Positions 1 to 12,383 of a stretch of DNA of 64,000 nucleotides are shown here, in pieces. The DNA comes from Bacillota bacterium (lineage in GTDB: Bacteria; Bacillota; Sulfobacillia; JAUYEG01). The notes below the pieces were generated by a model that saw only the letters and a program-made list of their open reading frames with translations, was not told where the DNA came from and ran no database searches. A program made the position numbers and the translations under genes. Within the stretch, counting starts at the first letter, position 1. Each line of letters starts with the position of its first letter. The stretch is taken from positions 62,738 through 126,737 of the forward strand of contig JAUYEG010000081.1 in NCBI GenBank assembly GCA_030691505.1, given 5' to 3'.

Positions 1-485
1 GTGCCGTCGGCCGACCATTGCAGAGTGTAGACGTCCTGCGGCGCAGCATACCGCTCCGGCACGGCATCGCCCCGCGCTAGCGGAAAGGCCCGATAAGCTG
101 CCCCGGTCCTGACGTTGACGATGGTCACGTTTTCCGCCCGGACAGCTTCGGAGTCCGGTATTCTCGGTCCCTCGGTCAATGCAAGGTAGGGCCTGCCCTG
201 GTCAGGCGAGAGGGCCAGCTGTGCCACGGCCCATCCCGTGGGCGGGGTGTAGACAAGCTCTGCCTCAGTCCCCGCCCACACGTATACCTGGCCTTTTGTA
301 GAAACGAAGGCCATGAGATCCAGCCCCGCCGATGCCACAGGCATTGGGTGGAACCCGACTCCGATCACGTTCCTGGCCGTAAGGAGGCCGCATCCGGCGA
401 GCAAGAGGAGAACAGCCAGGCCGGATAGGGCAAATCCAATCAGAATATGCAAAAACGGGGTCCTGGGGCTGTGAGGCTCAGGCAT
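1..485 (-). CDS. putative lipoprotein (partial, runs off window start)
   Basis: Minus-strand ORF starting at ATG 483-485, not in the track because it lacks a stop in the window. N-terminus MPEPHSPRTPFLHILIGFALSGLAVLLLLAGCG shows a signal peptide plus lipobox (LAGC). Confidence 0.45.
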   Translation of the reverse strand, partial: MPEPHSPRTPFLHILIGFALSGLAVLLLLAGCGLLTARNVIGVGFHPMPVASAGLDLMAFVSTKGQVYVWAGTEAELVYTPPTGWAVAQLALSPDQGRPYLALTEGPRIPDSEAVRAENVTIVNVRTGAAYRAFPLARGDAVPERYAAPQDVYTLQWSADG

Positions 486-561
486 ACGGGGTGTCGCCTT
501 CTTTCCGCGCGTAGTAGTGCAGGCTCCGGTTTGGACGAGACGCATCCGGGAGAGGTTCCGG

Positions 562-1782
562 CTAGGTGCCGCTAACGGTCGTGGAAAACACCCGCTCGCC
601 GACCGGCCGCGCCATGTGCGCTCTCTTGCCCAAGCCGAAGTATAGGCCGGTGAACACCAGCATGGCGAGGCCCAGTTGCGCCAGGCTGAACGCGTCGTTG
701 GGCACGGTGGCCCTGAAGACCGCGGGGAGGTCGGCCAGCAGCGCGAAGTCATCCACACTTGGGATGAAGAGCATGGCCATGACGTTGTGTCCTACGTGGA
801 TGCCTATTGCCGCTTCAAGCCCCTGGTCCCTCACAACCACCCACGTCAGGAAAACCCCAAAGCCCACGTAGTACACCGCGATGGCCAGGCTGGCCGGAAT
901 ATGAACGGCGGCAAACAGCAGCGATGAGGCCAGGATGACGACCGCCCGGCGCCTCGTCGCCACACTGAGGCTCTGGAACAGGTAGCCGCGGAACAGAAAC
1001 TCCTCGGCAGCTGACTGCAAGACGAGCAGGGGAAAGGCGAAGAGGGCAAAAGGCAGCCACTTCGAGAGCTCCAGAGTGTAGACGGCGTGCCCGGGGCGCA
1101 GGACCAATTCGACAGCCGAGAGCGCGGCGATGATGGCTGCCCAGATCCCAAGGGCCCGGGCGGCCTTGGCCCAGCGGACCCGGCCCACCGTGTTCACGAG
1201 AGTCATCAGGGAACGACGGTGAAAGCGCCCCACGGCGAGGGCGACTCCCAAGAGCATGGGAACGTGGGCCGACAGGACCGCTGCCAGGGTCCAGTAGGGG
1301 CTGACCCCGGGCGGCGACAGGAAGGCGAGCCCGCCCGCCAGCGTCACGCCCACAATGAACCACATGTACGCGATGCACATGCCCGATGCCGCGTAGCGCC
1401 ACCCATCGTTTAGCCCGGCGGCACCGAGCCCCGCGTAGGTCAACCTTGGCGAACCGGCGGGCGATTGAGGAGAGGTATTGGGCGCTGCATCTGACGTCGC
1501 GGCCCGCCGCGCTCTTTTCGAAATCAGCCAGGCAAAGAAAAGGCTGACCGGCACCGCCGTGACGGCGTTTCCCACGGCGCCTGCGATGCAGCAGGCACCA
1601 AAGCCCGCGATACCGAGAGCCGGCTGCCGTCTACGGTACCCGGCCCATGCGGGAACGATGCCCGCGAGCATGCCGACCAGCATGCCGACGAAGGCCACGC
1701 CCAGCCAAAAGCCGACTGTCCATGCCTGGCTCAATGTCCGCTCGCACCGCCTTTGCCGCGCTACGTGATAGGGCGCAACCAT
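562..1782 (-). CDS. CPBP family intramembrane glutamic endopeptidase (CAAX protease / Abi family) with extended N-terminal membrane region
   Basis: 406-aa polytopic ORF with the CPBP motifs EEFLFRGYLF, FAAVHIP and HVGHNVM. The N-terminal ~80 aa are duplicated at 8880-9130. Confidence 0.7.
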   Translation of the reverse strand: MVAPYHVARQRRCERTLSQAWTVGFWLGVAFVGMLVGMLAGIVPAWAGYRRRQPALGIAGFGACCIAGAVGNAVTAVPVSLFFAWLISKRARRAATSDAAPNTSPQSPAGSPRLTYAGLGAAGLNDGWRYAASGMCIAYMWFIVGVTLAGGLAFLSPPGVSPYWTLAAVLSAHVPMLLGVALAVGRFHRRSLMTLVNTVGRVRWAKAARALGIWAAIIAALSAVELVLRPGHAVYTLELSKWLPFALFAFPLLVLQSAAEEFLFRGYLFQSLSVATRRRAVVILASSLLFAAVHIPASLAIAVYYVGFGVFLTWVVVRDQGLEAAIGIHVGHNVMAMLFIPSVDDFALLADLPAVFRATVPNDAFSLAQLGLAMLVFTGLYFGLGKRAHMARPVGERVFSTTVSGT

Positions 1783-1846
1783 TCTCGCGGCGATGCCCGC
1801 GTTCCTATCCTGCGGTAGCTAAAGGGCAAGGCAAATGGTGGTTTGA

Positions 1847-2708
1847 TTGCCGAAACGGTGCGGCTTCCGGTGCCTGCCGCGTAAACGTACCTACGCGGTC
1901 CATTACCAGGGCGCTGGAGAGGGTGAGCCGGCGCTGCTGCTGGTGCATGGTTTCGGCGCAAGCGTCTTTTCGTGGCACACGGTGATGGGGCCGCTCTCCG
2001 CCCTGGGCACGGTGATCGCATACGATCGTCCCGGTTTTGGGCTCACGGAGCGGCCCATGCCAGGCAGTTGGACGGGCCGGAGCCCGTACGGCGACGAGGC
2101 CAACATCGAGACGGCCATGGCCCTCGCCGATGCGGTCGGCCCACGCGAGCTTGTGCTGGTGGGTCACTCCGCAGGCGGCAGGCTGGCCGTGCTCACCGCC
2201 CTGAGTCATCCCGGACGGGTATCGGCGCTTGTGCTTGTCGCGCCGGCCCTGGGCGATCATCCCCGGTTTCCCGGCTGGTGGCGGGCCCTGGCCGCCACAC
2301 CTCTGGCCAGGCTGCTCGGCCCGCGGCTTTTGCGCCCGCTCATTGCCCGCGCCGGCAGGCTGATCAACCTGGCCTGGCACGACGCATCGCCTGTCAGCCA
2401 GGAGGACATCGAGGGCTACCGCCTGCCGCTGAGGGTCCGTGACTGGGATCGCGGGCTATGGGAAGTGCTGATTGCGGCTCGGCCGGCCGGACTCAAGGCG
2501 CCGGTTCTTTTCACTCACGGGCGATGATGACCGGATCGTTCCGGCTGCGGACACGCAGGCCCATGCCGCCCTGATCCCCCAGGCCAAGGTGGTCGTGATA
2601 CCGGAGTGCGGCCACCTTCCGCACGAAGAGCGGCCCGAGGCGTTTATGGCGGCGGTTAGCTCGTTTCTTTCCACCCTAAGCAACCCGGTTGAAACCGCGT
2701 GCGTGTAA
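1847..2708 (+). pseudogene. alpha/beta-fold hydrolase, frameshifted (copy 1 of duplicated gene)
   Basis: ORF 1847-2527 (HGFGASVFSWH, VGHSAGG) ends VLFTHGR*. The C-terminus continues in another frame (2472-2708: TGDDDRIVP...ECGHLPHEERPE). The intact paralog 9273-10172 reads LFITGDDDRIVP, so copy 1 has an extra base near 2515-2525. Confidence 0.55.
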
Positions 2709-4199
<1,491 letters not shown>

Positions 4200-4217
4200 G
4201 CTGGGCCGGTGTGCGGG

Positions 4218-4552
4218 ATGTCGGGCGCTGTGCGGCAAGTCAGCGAGACCACTTTTGGGGCCGAGGTCCTGGCAAGCACCGTGCCGGTCCTCGTCGATTT
4301 CTGGGCCGCGTGGTGCGGGCCGTGTGTCGGGCGGTCGCTTCAATGGTGGAACAACTGGCCGCCGAGTTTCAGGGCGACCTCAAGGTGTGCAAGCTTGACG
4401 TGGACGAAAACCCCGCCCCGGCACAGGAGTACGGCGTGATGAGTCTGCCGACTCTCATCATCTTCAGGGACGCGAAGCCTGTCCAGCGGCTGGTTGGCTC
4501 AATCCCGAGGATCGCCGATCTTAGGGCCAGGATCCGCCAGGTCTTGGCCTGA
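4218..4552 (+). pseudogene. thioredoxin, frameshifted inside the CGPC active-site codons (copy 1)
   Basis: The N-terminal part up to [13 protein letters not shown] is in frame 3 (ORF 4209-4439). The C-terminal part VEQLAAEF...LPTLIIF...RLVGS is in frame 2 (ORF 4211-4552). Alignment with the intact paralog 10169-10498 indicates a 2-nt insertion near 4325-4335. Confidence 0.55.
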
Positions 4553-4616
4553 GGTGCGATATCCCCGGAGGTGCGTACTGTGGTCGGCGATCCCGCATGC
4601 GGGGCCGGCGGCGGCG

Positions 4617-6041
4617 CTAGTCGTCCCCGATGGGCTCTGCGCTCACCTTGCGGCCAAACCAGTACGTGACGCCCGCCTCGGCCGCCGCCCCGCCGATGTG
4701 GCCAATCGCGCCGACCAACGCGCCGAGCCCCGGGTACAGGGCGACCAGAGAAAACATCAAGGTGCCCATCACCACGAGGTTGACGGTCTTGGCCATGCCG
4801 ATGACGGTGGTCATGCCGTTGCGCAGCAGCTGGCCGACCTGCAACTCGGTCAGCATCCACAGGACCGGTCCCAGGGCGGCCACGATGAAGACCTTGTTGG
4901 CCAGGCTGACCAGCTCCTCAGGGGTGCCGAGGACCGTGCGCATGAACCAGGCCGCGGCCCCGGTGATGCCCAAGAGCAGCGTCAGGCAGGAGAGCGCCCC
5001 GCTCAGATAGAGCCCAAAGCGGCGCAGCGCGGCGAGACTCTGGCGGTCGGCCCAGAACACGACCATGACCTGCCGAAACTCAACCTGCAGCGCTACAAGC
5101 AGGAAAGATGCGAACCAGGCGACCTGGAAGGCGGCGATGGACCGTTCAGGGTCCAGCGTCCTTGCCATCGCCGCGTTGGCGAAGGGCCGGGCGACAGCCC
5201 ATAGCAGGCCGGTGGCCATCAACGGAACCAGGAACCGCCACACACTCGAGCGGGCTGGCAGGACTCCGGATGCCGGTTCGGCGGGCAGGCCGCGGAATGC
5301 CCGGCTGGCTACCGCGAAGGCGAAAACAGCCTCCACCGTCATTCCGGCTACCCATAGCACTGCACCGAGCCCCGCTCCCTGAACCCAGCTCTGACCGCCG
5401 AGCAGCAGGGAGAGTCCCCATACGGTCCCGAGCCGCAGGAACACCCCGACGGTCATGAAGTGCGTCTGCCGGCGAAGCATCAGGATGCTCTGCGACACGT
5501 TCCGCCACGCCCACATGATCGGGAGCGGCAAGCCGAACTTGATCACCGTGGTGATCTCGTCCGAAAGGCGCGCCGGGGCTCCGAAGACGCCCTGGTAGAG
5601 CCATTTTCCAGCAGGAGTGAAGGCAACCAGGGCCAGCAGCGTGGTCACCCCGAGCGCAATCTCGAGCATGACTCTGACGCCGACGACAAATGAGCGTCTA
5701 TCGCGCCCGCGGGCGATGAGCCACTGGTTTCCGCTTCCGGCCGGCCCGGCGAACAGGTCGACAATACTCTGGCCGACGGCGAAGGCGGCCAGCGCTATGG
5801 CGGCATCGCGGGTCTGCGACATGGAAGCGTTGATGATATTGAAAACGATTCCGTATGACAGGAAAGTGACGGCGAGCGGCAGGTGAAAGCGGACAATATC
5901 CCTAGTGCGCAGCGCAGGACGAACCTCGACAGCCACGCCTCCGGCCGTCCTGACTGAGCTGAGCGCCGCCAGTGCGAACACCTCCCGATGATGCCGCAAA
6001 GAACGACACTTCGCCACTAGAAGCGCCGTTCCTTTTGCCAT
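4617..6041 (-). CDS. polytopic membrane transporter, MATE/MOP-superfamily-like (about 12 TM)
   Basis: 474-aa hydrophobic ORF with about 12 predicted helices. A frameshifted paralog lies at 10769-12176. The family assignment rests on topology and size only. Confidence 0.55.
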   Translation of the reverse strand: MAKGTALLVAKCRSLRHHREVFALAALSSVRTAGGVAVEVRPALRTRDIVRFHLPLAVTFLSYGIVFNIINASMSQTRDAAIALAAFAVGQSIVDLFAGPAGSGNQWLIARGRDRRSFVVGVRVMLEIALGVTTLLALVAFTPAGKWLYQGVFGAPARLSDEITTVIKFGLPLPIMWAWRNVSQSILMLRRQTHFMTVGVFLRLGTVWGLSLLLGGQSWVQGAGLGAVLWVAGMTVEAVFAFAVASRAFRGLPAEPASGVLPARSSVWRFLVPLMATGLLWAVARPFANAAMARTLDPERSIAAFQVAWFASFLLVALQVEFRQVMVVFWADRQSLAALRRFGLYLSGALSCLTLLLGITGAAAWFMRTVLGTPEELVSLANKVFIVAALGPVLWMLTELQVGQLLRNGMTTVIGMAKTVNLVVMGTLMFSLVALYPGLGALVGAIGHIGGAAAEAGVTYWFGRKVSAEPIGDD

Positions 6042-6204
6042 TGTGTTTCACGTCCGTGGGGCAGGAGTGCCGTTCAACCGTCGGAAGCCAGAACCCCCGC
6101 CAGACGCACCCCCTGACGTATGCCCCCTTCTTGGTGCATAGTTCCAGCTATCTAGGCGTCACACTATCCTCGGAGGCGATCTCCGGCAAGGGAGGGGTGT
6201 CGCG

Positions 6205-7698
6205 GTGTCAGAGCATCGCATTCGACACCCAAAGCGGGCGCCGATGAAGAAACGCCGTTCTCCCCATCCCACCGGGCAGCGTGAGAGCTCGGGGTCCGGA
6301 GTGGATGCCCCGCCCATTCCCTTGCACCCCCTGAGCGCGGCATTGGCCGACAACCGGGCGGCCCTGAAGTCCGCCCTTGGTGAGAACCTGGACCTCGCCT
6401 GGCGGGAACTCAAGGCGGGCACGGACGGCCCCGACGCCCTTCTGGTGTGCTTTCGCAGTCTGGTGGATCCGGCCTTGATTGGGGACGCGGTGATCAAGCC
6501 GCTGGCCGAATCGACCGCCGGGGAAGTCATACCAAGAACGCTGGACGAGCTTCTTTACGCCCTCCGGGTCCGGTATCTGGCGTCTGCCGAAGTCACAGAG
6601 GTGTCCGATTCTGCGCACCCTGCTCCGTCGGCTGGCCAAGGGCGACTGCGTCCTCCTGCTTGACGGCACCTCGACGGCGCTTGCGGTTAACGTAGCCAAG
6701 CCGCCCAGCCGCCGTATCGAGGAAGCGGCCTCCGAGGCGGTGGTCAGGGGGCCGCGTGACTCATTTGTTGAGACCCTGGAGACCAATATCGCCTTGATCC
6801 GCCGGCGGATCAAGCACCCGGGCCTCCGCATGGAGAGCACGGTCATCGGTAAGCTTACGCTGACTGACGTTGTAGTGGCATATGTCGAGGGAGTCTCCAG
6901 GCATGGGGTGGCCGACGAGGTCCGCCGGCGGCTCGGGCGGATCGAAATCGATGGGGTCCTGGAGAGCGGGCAGATCGAGGGGTTGATTGAGGACCAGCCG
7001 CTCTCGCCCTTTCCGCAGGTCATGCGCAGCGAGCGCCCCGACCGCGTAGCGGCCGCCTTGACGGAAGGGCGGGTGGCGATACTCGTCGACGGGACTCCCT
7101 TCGTCTTGATGATCCCCGCCACCTTGAGCACGTTCTTGACCGCTTCGGAGGACTACTACGAGCGGCCGTTTATCGGGACGTTCTTGCGCCTCCTGAGGTA
7201 TCTGGCACTCGCCATCTCGCTGTCGTTGCCGTCTCTATATGTGGCCCTGACCACTTTCCACCAGGAGATGCTGCCCACGCCGCTGGTGTTGAGCATCGCC
7301 GCCCAGCGTCGGGGAGTCCCGTTTCCGGCATTGGTCGAGGCCCTAATGCTGGAGTTCGCGTTCGAGATCCTGCGCGAAGCCGGCGTGCGCCTGCCGCGAA
7401 TCATTGGGCAGGCGGTGACGATCGCTGGCACGCTGGTCGTTGGTGACGCTGCGGTACGGGCGGGGCTGGTCTCTCCCTTTATGGTCGTGATTGTCGGTTG
7501 ACCGGGGTGTCGTCGTTTACTGTCCCGGTATACAGCGTGGGAGTGACGGTCCGTCTGGCTCGCTTCCCGTTGATGCTTCTGGCGGGCTCGACCGGGCTCT
7601 TCGGGATTGTGGCCGGCCTTTCGCTGCTGCTGATCCACCTTTGGACACTGCGTTCTTTCGGGGTGCCGTATCTTGAACCGTTCGCGCCTCTGGTTTGA
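6205..7698 (+). pseudogene. spore germination protein, GerA/GerKA family (A subunit), disrupted by two frameshifts
   Basis: Three consecutive ORFs (6205-6663, 6740-7501, 7498-7698) together match the GerA family: RGPRDSFVETLETNIALIRRRI, DGVLESGQIEGLIEDQPLSPFPQVMRSERPDRVAAAL, EDYYERP, VPFPALVEALMLEFAFEILREAG, RFPLMLL, HLWTLRSFGVPYLEP. Frame changes lie near 6605 and 7495. Confidence 0.7.
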
Positions 7699-7863
7699 CG
7701 GAGCCTCCGCGACTGCGCTGTGGTTGCTCCTTCATGGGCCTTGGGCGTCCGTCCGCCAATGATGGGGCGTCCGGGCAGGCGCGTCGGACAAAAACTCAGG
7801 CCGGGCACAGCGGCGAGGAAGCCCCGGCCTGGTGCTGACTCGTGACCTCCAGGGGTCAGCCCG

Positions 7864-8400
7864 ATGATCGGGGGAGCCGCTGTGTTTCAAGGTGATCGGC
7901 TGGCCGGATTCCTCGAGCCGCTTGAAGCGAGGGGACTGCTGTGGGCAACCGGGAGAGTTCGATCCTCGATCGTTGTGGTTGACGACCCTGGGGCCCCGGG
8001 CAAGTATGTCTCCCTTGAGATCTCGAAGGCCAAGGGGAGGATCAAGCCCGAGATCCATGGTCAGGACATCACGATCCGCATAAGCATCGAGGTCCAGGCG
8101 GCGCTGGGCGAGGTCCAAGTGCAGGTGAACCCGGAGCTGTGGGCGGAGTACGCCCGTGAACTTGAGGCCAGGCTTGCGGCCGTAGTCAGGGCGGAGGTGG
8201 ATACAGCCCTGCTTCGGTGCCGGGAGTGGGGCGCGGACGCCTTCGGATTCGGCGCGGCAGTCTACCGCAAGGCGCCCTCCGTCTGGAAGGCGGTCGATGC
8301 CCGGTGGACAGAGATGCTCGCAGAGGTTCCGGTGCGTGTCCAGGTCGGAGCCAGCATATTCGGGTCTGGGGTGACCGTGCGAAGCCTGCTGTCTCGGTAA
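7864..8400 (+). CDS. Ger(x)C-family germination lipoprotein, C-terminal domain only (truncated remnant)
   Basis: The 178-aa ORF resembles the C-terminal domain of GerAC/GerKC. There is no room upstream for the N-terminal half, and no gerAB-type permease lies between it and the gerAA remnant. Confidence 0.45.
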   Translation: MIGGAAVFQGDRLAGFLEPLEARGLLWATGRVRSSIVVVDDPGAPGKYVSLEISKAKGRIKPEIHGQDITIRISIEVQAALGEVQVQVNPELWAEYARELEARLAAVVRAEVDTALLRCREWGADAFGFGAAVYRKAPSVWKAVDARWTEMLAEVPVRVQVGASIFGSGVTVRSLLSR

Positions 8401-8545
8401 CCGGGCCTTGGGGTCGTGGAGCGGGAGCCGACAGGAATGAACCCGGGGGGCAGGGGCAGAGCCGCAATATAAGGCCGTCCACGTCAGGGGCCCAGACCGG
8501 CCGAAGGGAGCCGCAGCCAAGAACGCCAGGATCGGGGAATGATCC

Positions 8546-8773
8546 GTGAACTACGCTCTTATATCTCTGGCATCGGTAGCTGTTGGACTGATCTCCCTCA
8601 CTGCGCCGGTCCGGGCACGGCGCTGGCCGGAGGTGGCTGCCGCTCTAGCCGTGCTCGTCCTTGGGTATGCACTGGCGATTCTTGGAGCTGCAGGTGTGCG
8701 CATACCCAACCCGACCCACGGGATCGCGTGGATAAGCTCTGCGGTTCTCAGGGTGTTAGGCCGCGGACAGTAG
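8546..8773 (+). CDS. hypothetical small membrane protein (2 TM)
   Basis: 75-aa ORF with a GTG start and two hydrophobic helices. RBS is weak; no homology recognised. Confidence 0.2.
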   Translation: MNYALISLASVAVGLISLTAPVRARRWPEVAAALAVLVLGYALAILGAAGVRIPNPTHGIAWISSAVLRVLGRGQ

Positions 8774-8802
8774 AGGCGGGGGACTTCTCCAGGGCAGTCT
8801 CC

Positions 8803-9228
8803 TCAGCTACCAGCGGAAACGGCGACTGGACCTTTACCTCGGCCCCCCAGCACAGCAAGCCAAGCCGGACTTACGGGCACGGCCGCGACGGCGTTGCCCA
8901 CGGTGCCGGCGACGCAGCAGGCGGCGAAGCCTGCGACCCCAAGACCCGGCTGCCCTCGGCGAATGCCCGCCCATGCGGGGACGACGCCCGCGAGCATGCC
9001 GACAAGCATGCCGACGAAGGCCACGCCAAGCAAAAAACCAACAGACCACACCTGGCTCATTGTCCGCGCGCACCGCCTTTCACGCCCGTCGTGATAGAGC
9101 GCAACCTTTCTGGCGGCGATGCATGCGTTCCTTTGCAGAGGGAATGAAACAACCAGGCAAATCGTGGTTCGGTCAGTTGGCGGGTTAATCACCCCTTCCC
9201 CTGTGATTCCCGATGCTGTCAGTTGCAC
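8803..9228 (-). pseudogene. 5-prime fragment of CPBP protease gene (duplication remnant)
   Basis: Residues TMSQVWSVGFLLGVAFVGMLVGMLAGVVPAWAGIRRGQPGLGVAGFAACCVAGTVGNAVAAVPVS are about 85% identical to the N-terminus of 562-1782. Similarity then stops abruptly near 8870, which marks the duplication breakpoint. Confidence 0.5.
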
Positions 9229-9272
9229 GCATGGAAATATGAGATGATTGCTGTAAAGGGTGTGAGGCCGAG

Positions 9273-10172
9273 GTGGGCACTGTCCCGTCCCGGGAGCTCG
9301 GGGGCGAGCGCAGCCGGTGGTTTCAGCGTGACGGCTATGCTGTCCACTATCAGGCCACCGGGGAAGGCGAGCCGGCGCTGCTGCTGATGCACGGTTTCGG
9401 CGCCAGCCTGTTCTCGTGGCACAAGGTGATGGAGCCCCTCTCGGCGTTCGGCAGGGTGATAGCGTACGACCGTCCCGGTTTCGGCATTACGGAGCGTCCG
9501 CTGCCTGGCAGTTGGGCCGACCCGACCCCGTACGGCGACGATGAAAACATATGGACCGCCGCTGCGCTCGCCGCCGAGGCGGGCGGCTCCGGCAACCTGG
9601 TCTTGGTGGGTCACTCGGCTGGCGGGCGGCTGGCCGTGCTTGCCGCTCTGCGTCATCCCGATAAGGTGGCTGCGCTCGTGCTCGTCGCCCCTGCCCTGGG
9701 CAGGCATCCCGGGTTTCCAGGCTGGGTGCGCGCGTTGGCTGCAACGCGCGCCGGCAGGCTCGTCGGTCCAAGGCTGCTCCGCTGGCTCATCGCCCGGGCC
9801 GGCAGGCTGATCGGTTTGGCCTGGCACGATTCATCGCGCCTCCGTCAGGAGGACATCGAGGGCTATCGTCTGCCGCTCCAGGCCCGAGACTGGGACCGCG
9901 GCCTGTGGGAAGTGGTGATCGCCTCGCAACCGGCCGCCTTGACGGGAGAACTGGGCCGCCTTCAGATGCCGGTCTTGTTCATCACCGGGGACGACGACCG
10001 GATAGTCCCGGCCTATGAGACGCGGGCGAACGCCGCCCGGGTGCCCAACGGCCGGATGGTCGTAATATCTGAGTGCGGGCACATTCCGCACGAGGAGCGG
10101 CCGGAGCTGTTTCTGGCTGCAGTGAGCTCGTTTCTGTCCACATTGTCTGCAGGGGGCGAAGCGGGACAATGA
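9273..10172 (+). CDS. alpha/beta-fold hydrolase (intact copy 2)
   Basis: 299 aa with HGFGASLFSWH, VGHSAGGRLA and a C-terminal ECGHIPHEERPE catalytic His region. It is the paralog of the frameshifted 1847-2708. Confidence 0.75.
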   Translation: MGTVPSRELGGERSRWFQRDGYAVHYQATGEGEPALLLMHGFGASLFSWHKVMEPLSAFGRVIAYDRPGFGITERPLPGSWADPTPYGDDENIWTAAALAAEAGGSGNLVLVGHSAGGRLAVLAALRHPDKVAALVLVAPALGRHPGFPGWVRALAATRAGRLVGPRLLRWLIARAGRLIGLAWHDSSRLRQEDIEGYRLPLQARDWDRGLWEVVIASQPAALTGELGRLQMPVLFITGDDDRIVPAYETRANAARVPNGRMVVISECGHIPHEERPELFLAAVSSFLSTLSAGGEAGQ

Positions 10173-10498
10173 GCTTGGTGCGGGAGGTTTCAGACTCTAA
10201 CTTCGTCGCCGAGGTGCTGGAGAGCGCCTTGCCCGTCCTGGTCGATTTCTGGGCGACGTGGTGCGGGCCGTGCCGTGCGGTCGCTGCGGTGGTAGAGCAA
10301 CTCGCCGATGAGTTCCGAGGCGCCTTGAAGGTATGTAAACTCGACGTTGACGAGAGCCACGCGACTGCCCGCGAATGCGGGGTGATAAGCCTGCCGACCC
10401 TCATTGTGTTCAGAAATGGGGAGCCTGTCCAGCGCCTGGTTGGGTCTGTGCCGAGGATTGCCGAATTGCGGGCAAGGGTCAACGGGGTGCTGTCGTAA
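10169..10498 (+). CDS. trxA: thioredoxin
   Basis: [36 protein letters not shown]...LPTLIVFRNGEPVQRLVGS is the canonical thioredoxin fold with a WCGPC motif. The ATG overlaps the hydrolase stop (ATGA). Confidence 0.8.
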   Translation: MSLVREVSDSNFVAEVLESALPVLVDFWATWCGPCRAVAAVVEQLADEFRGALKVCKLDVDESHATARECGVISLPTLIVFRNGEPVQRLVGSVPRIAELRARVNGVLS

Positions 10499-10768
10499 GC
10501 CATGGCTAGCAGTCAACCGCGCTGATCATGCGCCGGTATCCGGAGCTGTCTGCCCTGGCGGCCGCGATGATCGGTCCGTTTGGCTACGGTGAGGGGTTTC
10601 TGCAGTCGGTCGGAGTCGTCTACCCAGGGATTGAGGGAATGCGCGTCAGGGCGCGGTTCTATGCCGGCACCTTCGCACTGCAGGAGGCCCTACACGGCGT
10701 AGAGCACGGAGACGAGGATGCGTTCAGGCGCGGCATCGCGGAGTATGTCTAGCGTCGGCACTCCGGTC

Positions 10769-12176
10769 CTAGTCGTTCGATACCGGCTCCGCGCCGACCT
10801 TACGGCCAAACCAGTACGTGACGCCCGCCTCGGCGGCGGCCCCGCCGACGTGGCCCATGACCCCGATCAGCGCACCCAGGCCGGGGGAGATGGCAACCAG
10901 CACAAACATCAGCGTTCCCATCACCAAGAGGTTGACCGTCTTCGCGAGGCCGATGACCGTTGTCGAGCCGTTTCGTAGCAACTGGCCGACCTGCAGCTCG
11001 GTCAGCATCCAGAGCACGGGACCGAGCGCCGCAACGATGAAGACCCGGTTGGCGGAGCCGATCAGGTCTTCGGGAGTACCCAGGACGGTGCGCATGAACC
11101 AGACCGCCACGCCAGAGACGCCAAAGAGGAACGTCAAGGTGCTGAGCGAGGCGCCCAACCACAGCCCGAATCGGCGCAGGACGGCCAGGCTCTGGCGGTC
11201 GGCCCAGAACACGACCATGACCTGCCGGAACTCCACCTGCAGCGCCACCAGCAAAAATGCCGCAAACCAGGCAACCTGAAAGGCTGCGATCGACCGTTCG
11301 GTCGAGAGTCCTGGCCATGGCCGCGTTGCCGAGTGGACGGCTGGCGGCCCATAGCAGGCCAGTAGCCATCAGCGGGAGGAGAAACCGCCATACGCTCGAG
11401 CGGGTCGGCACGGCCCCGGACGCCGGCTCGGCGGGCAGGCTGCGAAAAGAGCGGCTCGCCACCGCGAAAGCAAAAACCGCCTCCACCGTCATTCCGGCGA
11501 CCCACAGCACCACGCCCAGCGCCGAGCCCTGCATCCAGTTCCGGCCGCCGAGGAGCAGCGAAAAGCCCCAAACGGTCGCCAGCCTGAGGAACACACCGAT
11601 TGACATGAAGTGCGTCTGCCTGCGGAGCATCAGGATGCTCTGCGACACGTTGCGCCACGCCCACATGAGCGGCAGCGGGAGGCCGTATGTGATCACGGCC
11701 GTCATTTCAGTTGAAAGGCGTGCCGGCGCGCCAAAAACCCCCTGGTAAAGCCATTTCCCTACCGGAGTGAAGGCAACGAGGGCCAGCATCGCGGTAACGC
11801 CCACCGCGATTTCGAGCATGACCCTGACACCGACGACGAATGAGCGCCTGTCGCGGCCGCGGGCGATGAGCCACTGGTTTCCGCTGCCGGCGGGCCCGGC
11901 GAACAGGTCAACAATGCTCTGGCCCACGGCAAAGGCCGCCAGAGCCACGGCGGCATCATGGGCTTGCGACATGGCCGCATTGATAATGTTGAAAACGATG
12001 CCGTACGACAGGAACGTGACGGCCAGCGGCAGGTGGAACCGCACGATATCAACTGTGCGCAGGGACGGACGGACCTCGGCGACGCCAGCTGCACCGCTGC
12101 CAGCCGTGCTCGCTGAGCTTAGCGCCGCCAGTCCCGACACCTCCCCGAAATACCGCAAAGGACGATATTTCGCCAC
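10769..12176 (-). pseudogene. MATE/MOP-like membrane transporter, frameshifted (copy 2)
   Basis: The N-terminal 300 aa (12176 down to about 11290) match 4617-6041, then diverge after ARTLD. The C-terminal 160 aa continue in another frame (ORF 10769-11254: LVALQVEFRQVMVVFWADRQSL...). Confidence 0.55.
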
Positions 12177-12383
12177 TAGCTAGCAGCGTCGTTCCTTTTG
12201 AGATCGGAGCGGCGGCGAATGACCGACAGGTCGCTCCATTCGCGCGTCGTATCGGCTGCAGTGAAGTGAGAGGCACAGCGTTTTGATGGCTTTGTTTTGG
12301 TTTCCAGCGTGACAGCCCGCCTTTTCGCGCGTTAGACAGTTGCAGCGGAGGTGGGCAGCATAGGCGGCGAGGTGGTTTGGACG

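Noticed and set aside
1478-1768. 96-aa plus-strand ORF, and its counterpart 8894-9094
   Set aside because: Both are antisense to the CPBP protease gene and its duplicated fragment. Their mutual similarity only reflects the underlying duplication.
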